Shown one piece after another: positions 1 through 10,240 of a stretch of 50,127 nucleotides of DNA. How positions within the stretch are numbered: position 1 is the first letter of the stretch; every line of letters begins with the position of its first letter. The stretch comes from a virus (lineage: Duplodnaviria; Caudoviricetes). The position numbers and the translations under genes were made by a program. The DNA lies in IMG/VR virus record IMGVR_UViG_3300020045_020734, positions 1 through 50,127 of that record. One strand, written 5' to 3'. The notes beneath the pieces are model-generated. The model saw nothing but the letters and a program-made list of their open reading frames with translations. It was not told where the DNA came from and did not search any database.

Positions 1-261
1 TTTTTCCACCATTGGTAACAGGCGTTGCCTATTCGTGGAAGAAGAAAGCCAATTTGATTTTTTATCCTGCCATGATGAACGACCCTGAACGAGTGAAAAG
101 GCTATTACAACAAATGGACGTATCACTACTGCCTCCTTTCCCAGACAGTTGTTAGAATTGTAGATTTAGGAGGGTATGATTTGAATTTAATTAATTGAAT
201 TTCAATAAGTTGTTAATATGAAATTGTAGAAAATGCTGTGTTTTTGTATCATAATATTTTT

Positions 262-296
262 GTCCTAACAGTTATCGCAAATAATTGGGACTTTTG
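262..296 (+). promoter_or_regulatory. Putative phage late promoter, GTCCTA-N21-GACTTTTG
   Basis: One of six copies with identical spacing; upstream of the portal operon. Confidence 0.75.
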
Positions 297-326
297 GTAC
301 ATAATTAAGGGAAAAATAGAAAAACT

Positions 327-614
327 ATGTATTTAAAAGATGCTTATCATCAATATCAAATGTCTGGGAAAGGAGGCAGTAGTGATACGTTTGATTTAGT
401 CTACACGAAGGCTGATGGTACATTTGGCGAGAAAAAGGGTTGCAAAAAACGTGTACAATTTTCAAATACAGAAAAATCAGATTTGACATCTATCACGAGA
501 GAAAATCGGAAAGCAGGTAAGTGGGAGTTGTGGCATCCTGAATCTAATTCTTTTACGATTCATGCTTGTGGAATCATTGCATTTAACGGTCAATTTATTG
601 ACCATAGATTCTAA
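327..614 (+). CDS. Hypothetical phage protein upstream of the portal
   Basis: 95-aa ORF with A-rich leader, first gene after the late promoter motif. Confidence 0.7.
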   Translation: MYLKDAYHQYQMSGKGGSSDTFDLVYTKADGTFGEKKGCKKRVQFSNTEKSDLTSITRENRKAGKWELWHPESNSFTIHACGIIAFNGQFIDHRF

Positions 615-623
615 AAAAATAAA

Positions 624-1952
624 ATGACTACATCTATTAATAATGGAAGAACTTTCAACCGAAAGGTCTTTTATGGAGAAACTGTTAAAACGGCATCTGT
701 ATCTACTAATAATAGATACGATGCCAACACATCGAAAGAAAGTTCTACCTCTAACAAAAAGTCTGTTAGTGTTGGAACGAAAAAAGTTGACATTTTCCCT
801 TGGGGGAAGAACAATCTTCTTCCTAACGAAATGGCGGATTTAGTCCGTTCAAATGCCGATATTTTAAATCTTATGTCTGCAAAGAAAGATTTTCTTTATG
901 GTGCAGGAATAGGATTATTTACGGAAGAAGTAACAGGTTCAACAACAGAACTCGTTCCGTATGATTTTGAAAGTGCTAAATCAAAAAAAGCACAAGAGTT
1001 TTTTGCCAAGAATGATTTAGCAGGCTATAATGAGGCAGCGGTAAGTCATATTGTTGACATGGCTAACCTTTTCGTCAATATTTCAACTTTCAAAGATAAA
1101 ATCCCGACGATTACAGCAATTGACCCAACCATTTGCCGAGCAGGTTTAGACATTGACATTTTAGGTCAAGTTGTAAATTTTGTTGTTGCTCCCGACTGGT
1201 CAAAGTCTTCTGTAAAGGATGCAAAGAATGTTGTAGGCTATAACCAAGGAGTAGATTTTTCAAAAGCAGGTGAATATCTGTATCATGTGAAACCGTCACA
1301 GTCGGGGCAATTTTATTATGGGTATGCCAATTGGTGGAGTGTTTCGGATGCGATTAGAGTTGCAAACCGTTTGTGGAATTTTCATTCTAATGGATTGGAC
1401 ACACAGTATAATGCTGCCTTTATTGTTCGAGTAGCATCAGACTACTTCAAGCAGTTTGGAAACGAGATTGAAGGTGGGGAAGAGGCTTTACGAGACGAGT
1501 TTTGGAAAAGCATGGATGAATTGCTGTCTGGACAGCAGGGTTCTAACCGAATGATTGCTGATGAGTGTGCAGTTGGACCAGATGGGAAGTTGACACCTTA
1601 CATCGAAATAGTACCTATTCAAAGAGGATTGAAGGGTACTGAATATCTTGAACTTTACCAACAGACAATTTTAGCGTTTGCTAATGCCTCTGGAATCTTG
1701 TCAAATATCGCAGGTGTCTCAAACGGTAAAGTAATGGGCGGTAGTGGTTCAGAACTCCGTGTATCAGCAGAGTTTCAGCAACAATATAGAACTGTCAGAG
1801 AGCGGAATTTAATTCTAAAGGTTCTTAATAGAGTTATTAAAAGTCAACTCGAATTACCAAACAATGCTGTATTCGCTTATAAAAATATGGTATTACAAAC
1901 CTTGGATAAGAATCCAACAGGTGTTGAAAAAACTGTATCAAATACTAATTAA
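624..1952 (+). CDS. Probable portal protein
   Basis: 442 aa; FPWGxNNLLP motif, YYGYANWW and GSGSELR motifs typical of Bacteroidota prophage portals; position before the adaptor. Confidence 0.75.
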   Translation: MTTSINNGRTFNRKVFYGETVKTASVSTNNRYDANTSKESSTSNKKSVSVGTKKVDIFPWGKNNLLPNEMADLVRSNADILNLMSAKKDFLYGAGIGLFTEEVTGSTTELVPYDFESAKSKKAQEFFAKNDLAGYNEAAVSHIVDMANLFVNISTFKDKIPTITAIDPTICRAGLDIDILGQVVNFVVAPDWSKSSVKDAKNVVGYNQGVDFSKAGEYLYHVKPSQSGQFYYGYANWWSVSDAIRVANRLWNFHSNGLDTQYNAAFIVRVASDYFKQFGNEIEGGEEALRDEFWKSMDELLSGQQGSNRMIADECAVGPDGKLTPYIEIVPIQRGLKGTEYLELYQQTILAFANASGILSNIAGVSNGKVMGGSGSELRVSAEFQQQYRTVRERNLILKVLNRVIKSQLELPNNAVFAYKNMVLQTLDKNPTGVEKTVSNTN

Positions 1953-1953
1953 T

Positions 1954-2160
1954 ATGACTTATCAAATCGTTTGGCTCATTTTACAAGTATCAATTCTTAG
2001 TATCGTTTGGGCAGGTACTCGTATTCAAATCAAGAAAGGACAAACTACAGTCATGCAAGCGGCAGGAGTCATTCTTGGAACACTCACTTATTTTTTAATC
2101 AACAATACAATCTTGTTTTTGGGAGGGTATTTTGATGTAATCATTGCTAAAATTTTCTAA
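1954..2160 (+). CDS. Small two-TM membrane protein
   Basis: Start reassigned to ATG 1954 just after the portal stop; two hydrophobic segments. Confidence 0.55.
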   Translation: MTYQIVWLILQVSILSIVWAGTRIQIKKGQTTVMQAAGVILGTLTYFLINNTILFLGGYFDVIIAKIF

Positions 2161-2162
2161 AA

Positions 2163-3143
2163 ATGCTTATTAATAACGTAGAAGAAATAAGAGAGTATTT
2201 GGGTAGAGCTGTAAACGCATCGTTTGAGCCTACTTCATTACTTCCATTCGTGGGAATGGCAACTGATAACTATATTAAGAAGGCTATTGGTGAGACTTAT
2301 TTTGCGAGAATTGAAAGTGCAAATGACTTGACAGAAGACGAATTAGAACTAAAAAAGCTAATTAAGCGAGCATTATCATTTTATGCTTATGGTTTATATC
2401 TGCCATTTGCATTAGGAAATGATGGTGATGGTGGTTTACATGAACCTGAAAATACCAATACAAAACCGCTAAGAATTGGCGTATTGGAGAAAAGACAGCG
2501 TGCAACCGCTGAATATTCCGCTACATCAATTGAGGCTGTGTTAGTAATGCTATTTGAAAATAAATCCTTATTCCCAAAATTTTGGGAAACTGATTTTGCA
2601 GTTGACTTAAAGAAACGTTGGTTTCGAAATGCAGAAGAGTTGAATGCTATATTTCCCTATCTTAACTGTAACTATAGATTATTGCTGACGCTTAATCCAT
2701 ATTTCAAAGGGGTTACGAATAGTATTGTGAAAGATACGATTGGCGAGGCTATATTAAATTTTGTAATTAATTATCATGATGCTCCAACTACGCCAACAAA
2801 TCTAATCCATGCACAACTGTATAATTATGTTAGGCAGTTTATTGTAATTTCTGCCTATGAAGAATCATTATTGTTTTTGCAATTTGCCCAAACCGAAAAG
2901 GGTATTCGTGTATATTCTGAATTTGATGGTATTAATAATTCAAAAGCACCTGAAAAAGACCAATGGGCAGAGTACAAAAAGAAGATTAGTGAAATGAAAA
3001 GTAGTATAAAGAAAACGTTAATCGGATTCTTGAGTGCCAATATTACCACATTCCCGGACTTTCAAAGTAATGTTTTATACAAGTCATCAAAGTCACGTCT
3101 TCCAGACAATAGCCAGTTAAAGTCCGTATTTAGAATGAGATAA
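2163..3143 (+). CDS. Head-tail adaptor-like protein (DUF6712-like)
   Basis: 326 aa, MLINNVEEIREYL start, internally duplicated architecture, follows the portal. Confidence 0.6.
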   Translation: MLINNVEEIREYLGRAVNASFEPTSLLPFVGMATDNYIKKAIGETYFARIESANDLTEDELELKKLIKRALSFYAYGLYLPFALGNDGDGGLHEPENTNTKPLRIGVLEKRQRATAEYSATSIEAVLVMLFENKSLFPKFWETDFAVDLKKRWFRNAEELNAIFPYLNCNYRLLLTLNPYFKGVTNSIVKDTIGEAILNFVINYHDAPTTPTNLIHAQLYNYVRQFIVISAYEESLLFLQFAQTEKGIRVYSEFDGINNSKAPEKDQWAEYKKKISEMKSSIKKTLIGFLSANITTFPDFQSNVLYKSSKSRLPDNSQLKSVFRMR

Positions 3144-3176
3144 ATCTTAGCAAACTTAGTACATAATTCTACACAA

Positions 3177-3992
3177 ATGAAAAGTAATCACGCAACCAGA
3201 CCAGTAACGCTTCTTTCACATCCGAAGATTTCGGTAAATGAACCAATTGATGAACAAGACCTTTTGTCCGAAATCAATGAATTTGAGGAAATAGAAAAAG
3301 AGAAACTCAATGCTGCCAAGGCAAAGCTTGACGAGTTGAAGCAAAAAAGGCTTCAATTGAAGCAGGAAGAGGATGAAAAGTTGGCGAAAAATAAGCAATT
3401 ACATCTTGATAATTATAATCATTACCTGACTAAAGCAGGTGAATGTCAAGATATTAAAGATGAGCAACGTTTTAGAAAATGGGCGGAAGATGAATTACGC
3501 CTTGCGAACGAAATTCAGATTGAAGGATTTGGAGAACCAGTGGTTCAAGAACAAAAAAAATTCTCTGAAAACGTATTCAAGTGGTTTTTTACCAATTTCG
3601 GGTCATGGATTTTGCAAATTGGATTATTACTTTTTGTAGCAAACTTCTGCTATAATAAGGTAATGGTTCAAAAAAAGCAGATAATGGAAATCAACACCCA
3701 TTACGCAGAACTTGGACAAACCACGATGATGATTGCTCCGCCCTTGGATGAAAAAACTATTCAGCAGATTTGGTTTGATAAATATCAACTGATTGGTGAT
3801 ATGGGTTTTGCTTTATTTATGCTTTTAGTGCTTGCACCACATATTTTATTAACACTTCTACCCTTTATCAAACTTCCAAAAAGTCTATGGATTTCGTATC
3901 AATCAATACCCGAAACGCAAAAGCAATGGTTGTCTTTTGCATGGTCTGCTTTAGTTTTATTGGTAGTAATTATGAGTCACGGGGGCAGGTAG
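3177..3992 (+). CDS. Coiled-coil membrane protein
   Basis: Charged N-terminal coiled coil followed by about three hydrophobic segments; adjacent to lysis genes. Confidence 0.6.
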   Translation: MKSNHATRPVTLLSHPKISVNEPIDEQDLLSEINEFEEIEKEKLNAAKAKLDELKQKRLQLKQEEDEKLAKNKQLHLDNYNHYLTKAGECQDIKDEQRFRKWAEDELRLANEIQIEGFGEPVVQEQKKFSENVFKWFFTNFGSWILQIGLLLFVANFCYNKVMVQKKQIMEINTHYAELGQTTMMIAPPLDEKTIQQIWFDKYQLIGDMGFALFMLLVLAPHILLTLLPFIKLPKSLWISYQSIPETQKQWLSFAWSALVLLVVIMSHGGR

Positions 3993-4507
3993 AGGCAAAA
4001 GTTAGACAGGCTATTTTTGACACCTTACAGAAATATGCTAACGTAACGGTAGAAAGAGGTTGGAACAAACACCCCAATATTTACAAATTCAACCGAAACA
4101 TCAAACTGTCAATTTATCAGCCTTATTGTTCATCGTTTATTTTGTATGGCTATCACAAAAACGGAATTTTTCCACCATTGGTAACAGGCGTTGCCTATTC
4201 GTGGAAGAAGAAAGCCAATTTGATTTTTTATCCTGCCATGATGAACGACCCTGAACGAGTGAAAAGGCTATTACAACAAATGGACGTTGTGGTTTTTACA
4301 TGGTCGCACGTAGAAGCTTATAAGGATATAGATTTTCGGAGGAATGAAATTATTACAATTGCAGGAAATACTAAAGGAGGCAGGAAAGTAGAGGGTTGTT
4401 ATTATCCAATTCCCCGAAATATTCGCTACGTATTAGGCATCTACAATCATATAACACCTTACGTAAAATTGCACGAAGCTGAACTGATTCAGAAATACTC
4501 ATTTTAA
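3887..4507 (+). CDS. CHAP-like endolysin (start may be 3926)
   Basis: QPYCSSF (Cys), SHVE (His) and IAGNT motifs; hydrophobic N-terminus ending RGQ; followed by a holin-like gene. Confidence 0.7.
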   Translation: MDFVSINTRNAKAMVVFCMVCFSFIGSNYESRGQVEAKVRQAIFDTLQKYANVTVERGWNKHPNIYKFNRNIKLSIYQPYCSSFILYGYHKNGIFPPLVTGVAYSWKKKANLIFYPAMMNDPERVKRLLQQMDVVVFTWSHVEAYKDIDFRRNEIITIAGNTKGGRKVEGCYYPIPRNIRYVLGIYNHITPYVKLHEAELIQKYSF

Positions 4508-4534
4508 ATTTTTCACCTTAAAAAATTCAATAAA

Positions 4535-4804
4535 ATGTTAAATCAAAATCTTGGAATCATTGAGCGATTGTTTTCGCCAAGTCCTAAATTTTTCCAAATC
4601 GTTGGGAATATTCTCGCCATTCTTGCCTTAATAAGTTTTGTGATTTCTCAGGTTCATGCTCAGTTTCCTTTGCCTGAATGGATTGTTATGATTGGCGATA
4701 AGTCAGTTTGGGCATCGGGTTTAATTGGTAAAATTGTCACAATGTTGACGGTTGATTATAATGCAAAGATGATTAAGGACGCATTACCAAAGGACTTCAA
4801 ATAG
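4535..4804 (+). CDS. Putative holin
   Basis: 89 aa with hydrophobic segments, SPSPKFFQ motif, charged C-terminus, downstream of the endolysin. Confidence 0.65.
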   Translation: MLNQNLGIIERLFSPSPKFFQIVGNILAILALISFVISQVHAQFPLPEWIVMIGDKSVWASGLIGKIVTMLTVDYNAKMIKDALPKDFK

Positions 4805-4811
4805 AAAATGG

Positions 4812-5105
4812 ATGGAACTGCTGAAACGTTGGGCATCGACTCAAAATATTTCTATCATAGCCGTTATCTTGTTCATGGTCATCATTTTGACTTCATACTT
4901 TCGGCAAATTGAACCGATTCAAAGCCTTGAAGAGCAAGTAAAGGAAAGCAAGCAAAAAGTTGCAGTATTAACGGCTAAAGTTGATACTGCAACTAAAAAA
5001 ATTACTGACAATGAAAAAGCAAGGATTGATGCAAATAATAGGATTGATGTTATTCCTGATGATGAACTTCAAATCGCTATCGACTCCGCATTTTACCGTC
5101 CGTAG
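4812..5105 (+). CDS. Putative inner-membrane spanin-like protein
   Basis: Single N-terminal TM plus coiled coil, in the lysis cassette. Confidence 0.55.
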   Translation: MELLKRWASTQNISIIAVILFMVIILTSYFRQIEPIQSLEEQVKESKQKVAVLTAKVDTATKKITDNEKARIDANNRIDVIPDDELQIAIDSAFYRP

Positions 5106-5412
5106 TGATAGCTTAACTTTTGCAGAAGTAAAAAAACTTGTACCAAAAGGGTACGTGGTATTAACGACTGATATGGCTCGAACTGCTTTGAAGTATAAGA
5201 ATGATGCTATTTCCTTCAAGTATCAAAATGTACAGAAAGATTCTATCATTACGGTGAAAAATAACATAATTACCGAAAAGGATAAGCAAATTATTGACCA
5301 TGAAAAGCAGGTGAAAATAGCGAAACGGAAATTATTTTGGATGAATGTAGAGAAGTGGAGTTTGAGAATTGCAGTGATTTATTTAGGAGGAAAACAGCTA
5401 AAAGCATGGTAA
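5011..5412 (+). CDS. Putative second spanin-like component (overlapping frame)
   Basis: Signal-like N-terminus from ATG 5011, overlaps the previous gene, coiled coil and hydrophobic C-terminus; no lipobox Cys. Confidence 0.45.
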   Translation: MKKQGLMQIIGLMLFLMMNFKSLSTPHFTVRSDSLTFAEVKKLVPKGYVVLTTDMARTALKYKNDAISFKYQNVQKDSIITVKNNIITEKDKQIIDHEKQVKIAKRKLFWMNVEKWSLRIAVIYLGGKQLKAW

Positions 5413-6242
5413 AAGTACAGTTAAACGCCTATCAATTTGAAATGCCAGAAAGTTGGGCAGAATGTTCATTAGAGCAAATATCGAAATTAGCCGCATTGAC
5501 ACACTACAAAGAATCCGACATCAAGGCAAGTGCTGAGGAATATGCAGTCTGTACTTTGTTGGGCTGTAGTTGGAAATTCTGGGAGGAGTTGACTTTGCAA
5601 ACAGAACAATGGGGGGCATTAAAAAACATATCCAAATTTGCTTTTGAAACCTACTTCTTTGACCGTCCATTTCCTTTTTTCGATTTCCAAAACGTTCGCT
5701 ACTATGTTTTTTCGGAAGGCTTTGGTGATAGCGATGCCGTTGATATTGCATGGGCAAACTTACAATATATCAGTTTCGCCCATCCTGAAACGCCAAATCT
5801 TGATGCCGTACACGAATTAATTGCAACGCTTTGCCGTCCAGAACGTGCCGATATTGAGGCGTTCAAAAATTCAAGCGATTGGGATGGTGATGTTCGGGAA
5901 ATTTATAATGCTCAACGTACCAAGGATAGAGCGAAAATATTTAAGGAATTGCCAACAGGTATAACCATCGCTTTACTTCAATACTTTGAATCTCAAAATC
6001 GTGTATTCCTTGAAATGTACGCACAAATGTTTGGCGATGACAATTCAGAACCGAGGTACGACAATGGGATGGGTTGGGTAACAATGCTAATGAATGTTGC
6101 GGATAAAGGTACTTTCGGGAATTTCATCGACGTATGCCATCAAAATGTTCATCTTGTTTGGGCAAAATGTTTGGATGATACATTAGACGTAAAGGAGCAA
6201 AACAAACGTGCTGAAGAGGAAAAATTCAGACAAGGATTTTAA
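5406..6242 (+). CDS. Conserved phage protein, possible tail assembly chaperone
   Basis: Start reassigned to ATG 5406; MPESWAEC N-terminal motif; tail-region context. Confidence 0.5.
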   Translation: MVKVQLNAYQFEMPESWAECSLEQISKLAALTHYKESDIKASAEEYAVCTLLGCSWKFWEELTLQTEQWGALKNISKFAFETYFFDRPFPFFDFQNVRYYVFSEGFGDSDAVDIAWANLQYISFAHPETPNLDAVHELIATLCRPERADIEAFKNSSDWDGDVREIYNAQRTKDRAKIFKELPTGITIALLQYFESQNRVFLEMYAQMFGDDNSEPRYDNGMGWVTMLMNVADKGTFGNFIDVCHQNVHLVWAKCLDDTLDVKEQNKRAEEEKFRQGF

Positions 6243-6255
6243 AAAAAATAATGCT

Positions 6256-6741
6256 ATGATAGTAGATTTTCAAACCTTACTCAACGAATTGCATACAATT
6301 GCAATGTCTGTCAATAATGTAATTCATAGTTCTCACATCGGAGCAGGGGATTTAATTATTGCACGTATTCAGAAATATTATGAATCGCAATTCAAAGATG
6401 GAATTTCGATATTTATTGATTCTTCAGAAGGTGTTTTGAGTGATAATGATAGCTCAAATGTCAAGGTTTCATTCGAAATGGGCTTTGTATTTTTGACAAA
6501 AGGTAAATTGTCGGACGCATCAACACAAGATGCAGCACTAAATGCAAGCATGAAAGCTTTAGTCGGATTCATTGGTAAGGTTAAGCATTTTGAGAAGGAG
6601 AATGAAGAAGATGATGATTTTGAAATAATTGTCGATAATAAGTTTTCTCAAGTCGGGAAAATTGTAAATGCTGATGTGTACGGTTGGAGAGCTGAGGCAA
6701 AAGTTTCATTTTCTGTAAATCACCTATATTGTAATCACTAA
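6256..6741 (+). CDS. Possible tail terminator or completion protein
   Basis: About 161 aa, acidic, YGWRAE motif near the C-terminus; tail context. Confidence 0.45.
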   Translation: MIVDFQTLLNELHTIAMSVNNVIHSSHIGAGDLIIARIQKYYESQFKDGISIFIDSSEGVLSDNDSSNVKVSFEMGFVFLTKGKLSDASTQDAALNASMKALVGFIGKVKHFEKENEEDDDFEIIVDNKFSQVGKIVNADVYGWRAEAKVSFSVNHLYCNH

Positions 6742-6742
6742 A

Positions 6743-8842
6743 ATGGACGAACTATTAGTTGGGTTAAAACACCTACCCTTAAAATTTACTCGCAATAAAT
6801 TAACGATTCATATTGATGCTGCTACACCAACAAATCCTGTTCGTTCTGGAATGTTGAGCCATGCTGAAATCTACATTCCAGAAGCTTATCAATCGCCTAC
6901 GTATAAATTAGTAGGTGAACGTGTAGGGTCTGAAAAACCTGTGGCAACTATGGCAGGTTTGCCATATTATTATGGTACTGATTTCGACATTGAAACAATT
7001 CTTGATGGAAAAGTATCGTATTGTCCGCCCAGCTTAAAAACAAACGATATTCAACTTTGCCCAACGCTGACCGTACCCTTTAAAGTGCGTAGCTACGTTG
7101 ATAAAAACAATGAAATCATTGAAGGGACTGACCTAATTTCAGGAGCATCATTTTGTTTGAAAGCAGGATTGAATGCTGATGACTATGCAGGATGGAAAGA
7201 TGTGTTCTTTACTACTTACTTTGACGAGAATTTGCCATTTTTGACTAACCAAGGTAACGAGAAAGAAATAAGTAGAATTCAACCTGAATATTTGTATTTT
7301 CTTGTTAATTTTTTACCTAAACCAACCTCATTAAAACTTAGAATTACGCTATATTTCAATGATGGTACAGAAGATACTTTTACCATCAAAACTTTGTCAA
7401 GTGTAGAACAATATTCTGTTTATTCTTTAGCGGTTGGATTCTCAAACTTGAATTTAGAAAGCTATGAGAACATCATAAAAAAGGTGGTTAATTATGATGT
7501 TTGGGTTAGTAATCAAGATAATAAGCGACTGTCAGAAGTACGTAGTTTTTATATTGATGAAAGGTTTTATCGAAATTCACGATACCTTATTTTCTCCAAT
7601 TCATTGGGTGGTTATGATACGATTAGAACAACAGGTATTTCAAAAGATACCTTAAAAATTGTAAGGCAATCGGGAGAACGAGAGTTAGAAAGTAACTATT
7701 TACCATCATCGTCAGACATTTTTATTACGGGTATCGAGGGACGACCAGAATTATCTGTTAATACAGGTTTTTTGGATGCTGACATGACAGCGTATTTATC
7801 TGAAATATTGCTAAGTGAAGACGTTTATGTTTTGTCGAAGGACGGTTTAGTCCCTGTCATGTTGGTTGACGATGCGTTAATTACGAATGAAGACAATGTT
7901 GATTTAACATCTCGAAACTTAACTTTTACTTACGGAAAAAAGGAAACGGCATATTCTGCTTTGCCTATTGCTCCAACTGTTTTAGCAAGAGCTTTGCGAT
8001 GGGAACCTTCTGGTCCATACTGTGTATATAGTCCAGACACAGGTTTGTCAACTGGTTTTCAAGGAGCTACAACGCTAACCTTAGTTTATGCAGATACCGG
8101 TGAAATTGTTAGGGGAGTTCCTCCGAAAGACAATACTCCTGGTACTGATGGTTATGTACAACCACAGTTGAGCAGTGCTTGTGGAAATGGTTATGCACCG
8201 TATAAAAATGTTCAAATTTCGAGAGTTGGCACCTATCGAAAAAATGATTGTGTTGGTGGATACGGAGACTTCGCCAACATTGTAGTAGCTGCTAATATTT
8301 ACGGAGGATTAACCCAAGCGGAAGCAGATAGCCGTGCGGAAGCTTATTGGGCATTTTTGAATACCCAAGATTATGCAAATGCAAATGGTGGTTGTATTGC
8401 ATCACCCGAATTTTACACCATGAATCCTTTGCCGATTGTCGGACGGTTCAATTTTCGTTATGCTTTTGGTGCTGGTATCTCAGGAACAGTAGTTTACATT
8501 CACGGTGGACAGGGTGCTAACGGTGGAACAACCGCATTAGTACACGGAAATCACTGGGCAATTCAGAATAACACTAATCCTGATTCTGTATTTTATTCGG
8601 CAGGTAAAAATGATTGTGCTTTGCCCAATATCATTGCAGGTGGCTATCACTACATCATTACGTTTTTTGGGTATAACGAAAATAGACGAATGCGTTTTTA
8701 TGTTTCGGGTGTATTGAAGGAAGAAGTAACCGTTAGCTCGTCGCAATTCCAAGCCAATGGCGGTGTATATATGCACTTTTTGTCGGCAACGACCACAATC
8801 CCAAGTCAATCAACTGTTTATTGTATCGTTGAAATCGTTTAG
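6743..8842 (+). CDS. Virion tail/baseplate protein with a DUF5977-like domain
   Basis: FSNSLGGYDT motif; YRKNDC...TQAEAD...QDYANANGGC matches the DUF5977 pattern. Confidence 0.7.
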   Translation: MDELLVGLKHLPLKFTRNKLTIHIDAATPTNPVRSGMLSHAEIYIPEAYQSPTYKLVGERVGSEKPVATMAGLPYYYGTDFDIETILDGKVSYCPPSLKTNDIQLCPTLTVPFKVRSYVDKNNEIIEGTDLISGASFCLKAGLNADDYAGWKDVFFTTYFDENLPFLTNQGNEKEISRIQPEYLYFLVNFLPKPTSLKLRITLYFNDGTEDTFTIKTLSSVEQYSVYSLAVGFSNLNLESYENIIKKVVNYDVWVSNQDNKRLSEVRSFYIDERFYRNSRYLIFSNSLGGYDTIRTTGISKDTLKIVRQSGERELESNYLPSSSDIFITGIEGRPELSVNTGFLDADMTAYLSEILLSEDVYVLSKDGLVPVMLVDDALITNEDNVDLTSRNLTFTYGKKETAYSALPIAPTVLARALRWEPSGPYCVYSPDTGLSTGFQGATTLTLVYADTGEIVRGVPPKDNTPGTDGYVQPQLSSACGNGYAPYKNVQISRVGTYRKNDCVGGYGDFANIVVAANIYGGLTQAEADSRAEAYWAFLNTQDYANANGGCIASPEFYTMNPLPIVGRFNFRYAFGAGISGTVVYIHGGQGANGGTTALVHGNHWAIQNNTNPDSVFYSAGKNDCALPNIIAGGYHYIITFFGYNENRRMRFYVSGVLKEEVTVSSSQFQANGGVYMHFLSATTTIPSQSTVYCIVEIV

Positions 8843-8845
8843 AAA

Positions 8846-10240
8846 ATGAGCTTAATTACGAAAATAGCGGGGCAAACAGTTGATTTGCCAGAAGGATTCA
8901 AATTGGATATACGAAAAGGAAATCCATTTTTTGAAAGAGAGGAATTGACAAGTGATTTCTCCAACGAGTTTTCTTTGCCATTTTCAGTCCGAAATGATTT
9001 GATTTTGGGTGAATACCGCAATCCCTTGGTAATCACCCAACCGTCAAAATTTTATTGCGAGCAGTTTGTAAATACGCATTTGTTAGCCAGAGGGTACGTT
9101 ATTCCCTTTGAGGCAGTCGATAGCTATTCGCTTGGTTTTACCACGAGCTTGGCGGATAGTTTTGGGAATATTAGAACAAAATCTTTACGAGAAATTGATT
9201 TTGGAACAATACCGCTACCATCAGATTATGATTTGACCTTGGGAAATACCCATGCTTCCGGTGGTTTTGTTTTTCCTATAATTGACAATACTGATTTTTA
9301 CGTAAATGCTCCGGGTGGATTTACAGGATTCATCAATGATTTTATTACGGGGAGTTATTCGACAGGTACAAAAGTTCCGATGTTCTTTGTTTGGAACATT
9401 TTGAACCGAATATCTGATATGGTTGGGTTTGCATTTGCTCACAATATTCCTGAAACATTCAATTGGATTTTGTACAATACGCAGTCTCTTGATGGGAAAA
9501 CAGCGATTAGCATACAAGACCATTTACCAGATATTACCGTTGCTCAATTCATTTTGCAGTTTGCCAAAATGACGAACTCCGCAATTTATATGGATGTACC
9601 TAATCGAGTTCTGACATTTAAAACTCGTAAGTCAATTCTTAATGCAGAATGCACGTTGGATTGGTCCAGAAAATCAAGTCCAATTAAAGGGAAAGTACCT
9701 GTTAACATTTCAGGATTTGAAATAAATTCTATTTTGGATTCTGATGATGCTACGGCAAAAATTACTGAAAGTATCTTTCAATCCTATCAAACATCGGGGG
9801 TATCGGCTGATAATTTGGCAGAATTACAACCGTTTGAATTGGCATTTTCGAGTTTGAAAATGCAAAATGGCATTCCTTTTACTCGCCAAGCGGGGATAAC
9901 AGATGGACAGGCAGATAAGAAATTTGCTCCAAGATTATTGCAATGGGTTGGTCTTTCGGGTGGTATTCCGTTGGCAACATCAGAAACGACAACCTTTTCA
10001 TTTGACCTAAATTCCGCTAATGGATTGGTGAATACTTACTACAAGGAAGACGAGATTTTTCACATGAATACGTTTAGAACTCCGACCGTAAATTTACACC
10101 TAACGGAGACGGATTTGACCGAGTGGACACCTGATAGAAAAGTACATATCAACGGTGTGAACTATATTTTTGAGGAAATCAATTGTCCTTTTCATAACTT
10201 AAAAGAAGGCTGTACCGCTTTAGGTTGGCGAACTTGGTAA
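8846..10240 (+). CDS. Tail tip/hub-like protein
   Basis: 464 aa; NPFF...FSNEFSLP N-terminal motif seen in siphovirus tail proteins. Confidence 0.6.
   Translation: MSLITKIAGQTVDLPEGFKLDIRKGNPFFEREELTSDFSNEFSLPFSVRNDLILGEYRNPLVITQPSKFYCEQFVNTHLLARGYVIPFEAVDSYSLGFTTSLADSFGNIRTKSLREIDFGTIPLPSDYDLTLGNTHASGGFVFPIIDNTDFYVNAPGGFTGFINDFITGSYSTGTKVPMFFVWNILNRISDMVGFAFAHNIPETFNWILYNTQSLDGKTAISIQDHLPDITVAQFILQFAKMTNSAIYMDVPNRVLTFKTRKSILNAECTLDWSRKSSPIKGKVPVNISGFEINSILDSDDATAKITESIFQSYQTSGVSADNLAELQPFELAFSSLKMQNGIPFTRQAGITDGQADKKFAPRLLQWVGLSGGIPLATSETTTFSFDLNSANGLVNTYYKEDEIFHMNTFRTPTVNLHLTETDLTEWTPDRKVHINGVNYIFEEINCPFHNLKEGCTALGWRTW

Noticed and set aside
95-185. Possible mini-CRISPR: a 30-nt self-matching segment flanked by GGCTATTACAAC and GTTGTTAG
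   Set aside because: The flanks are not repeats of each other, the left flank is endolysin coding sequence, and no cas genes are present. A chimeric end explains it better.
4581-4615. Additional GTCCTA hits at 4581, 24407 and 45594 as late promoters
   Set aside because: They lie in coding sequence and lack TTTG at the conserved distance.
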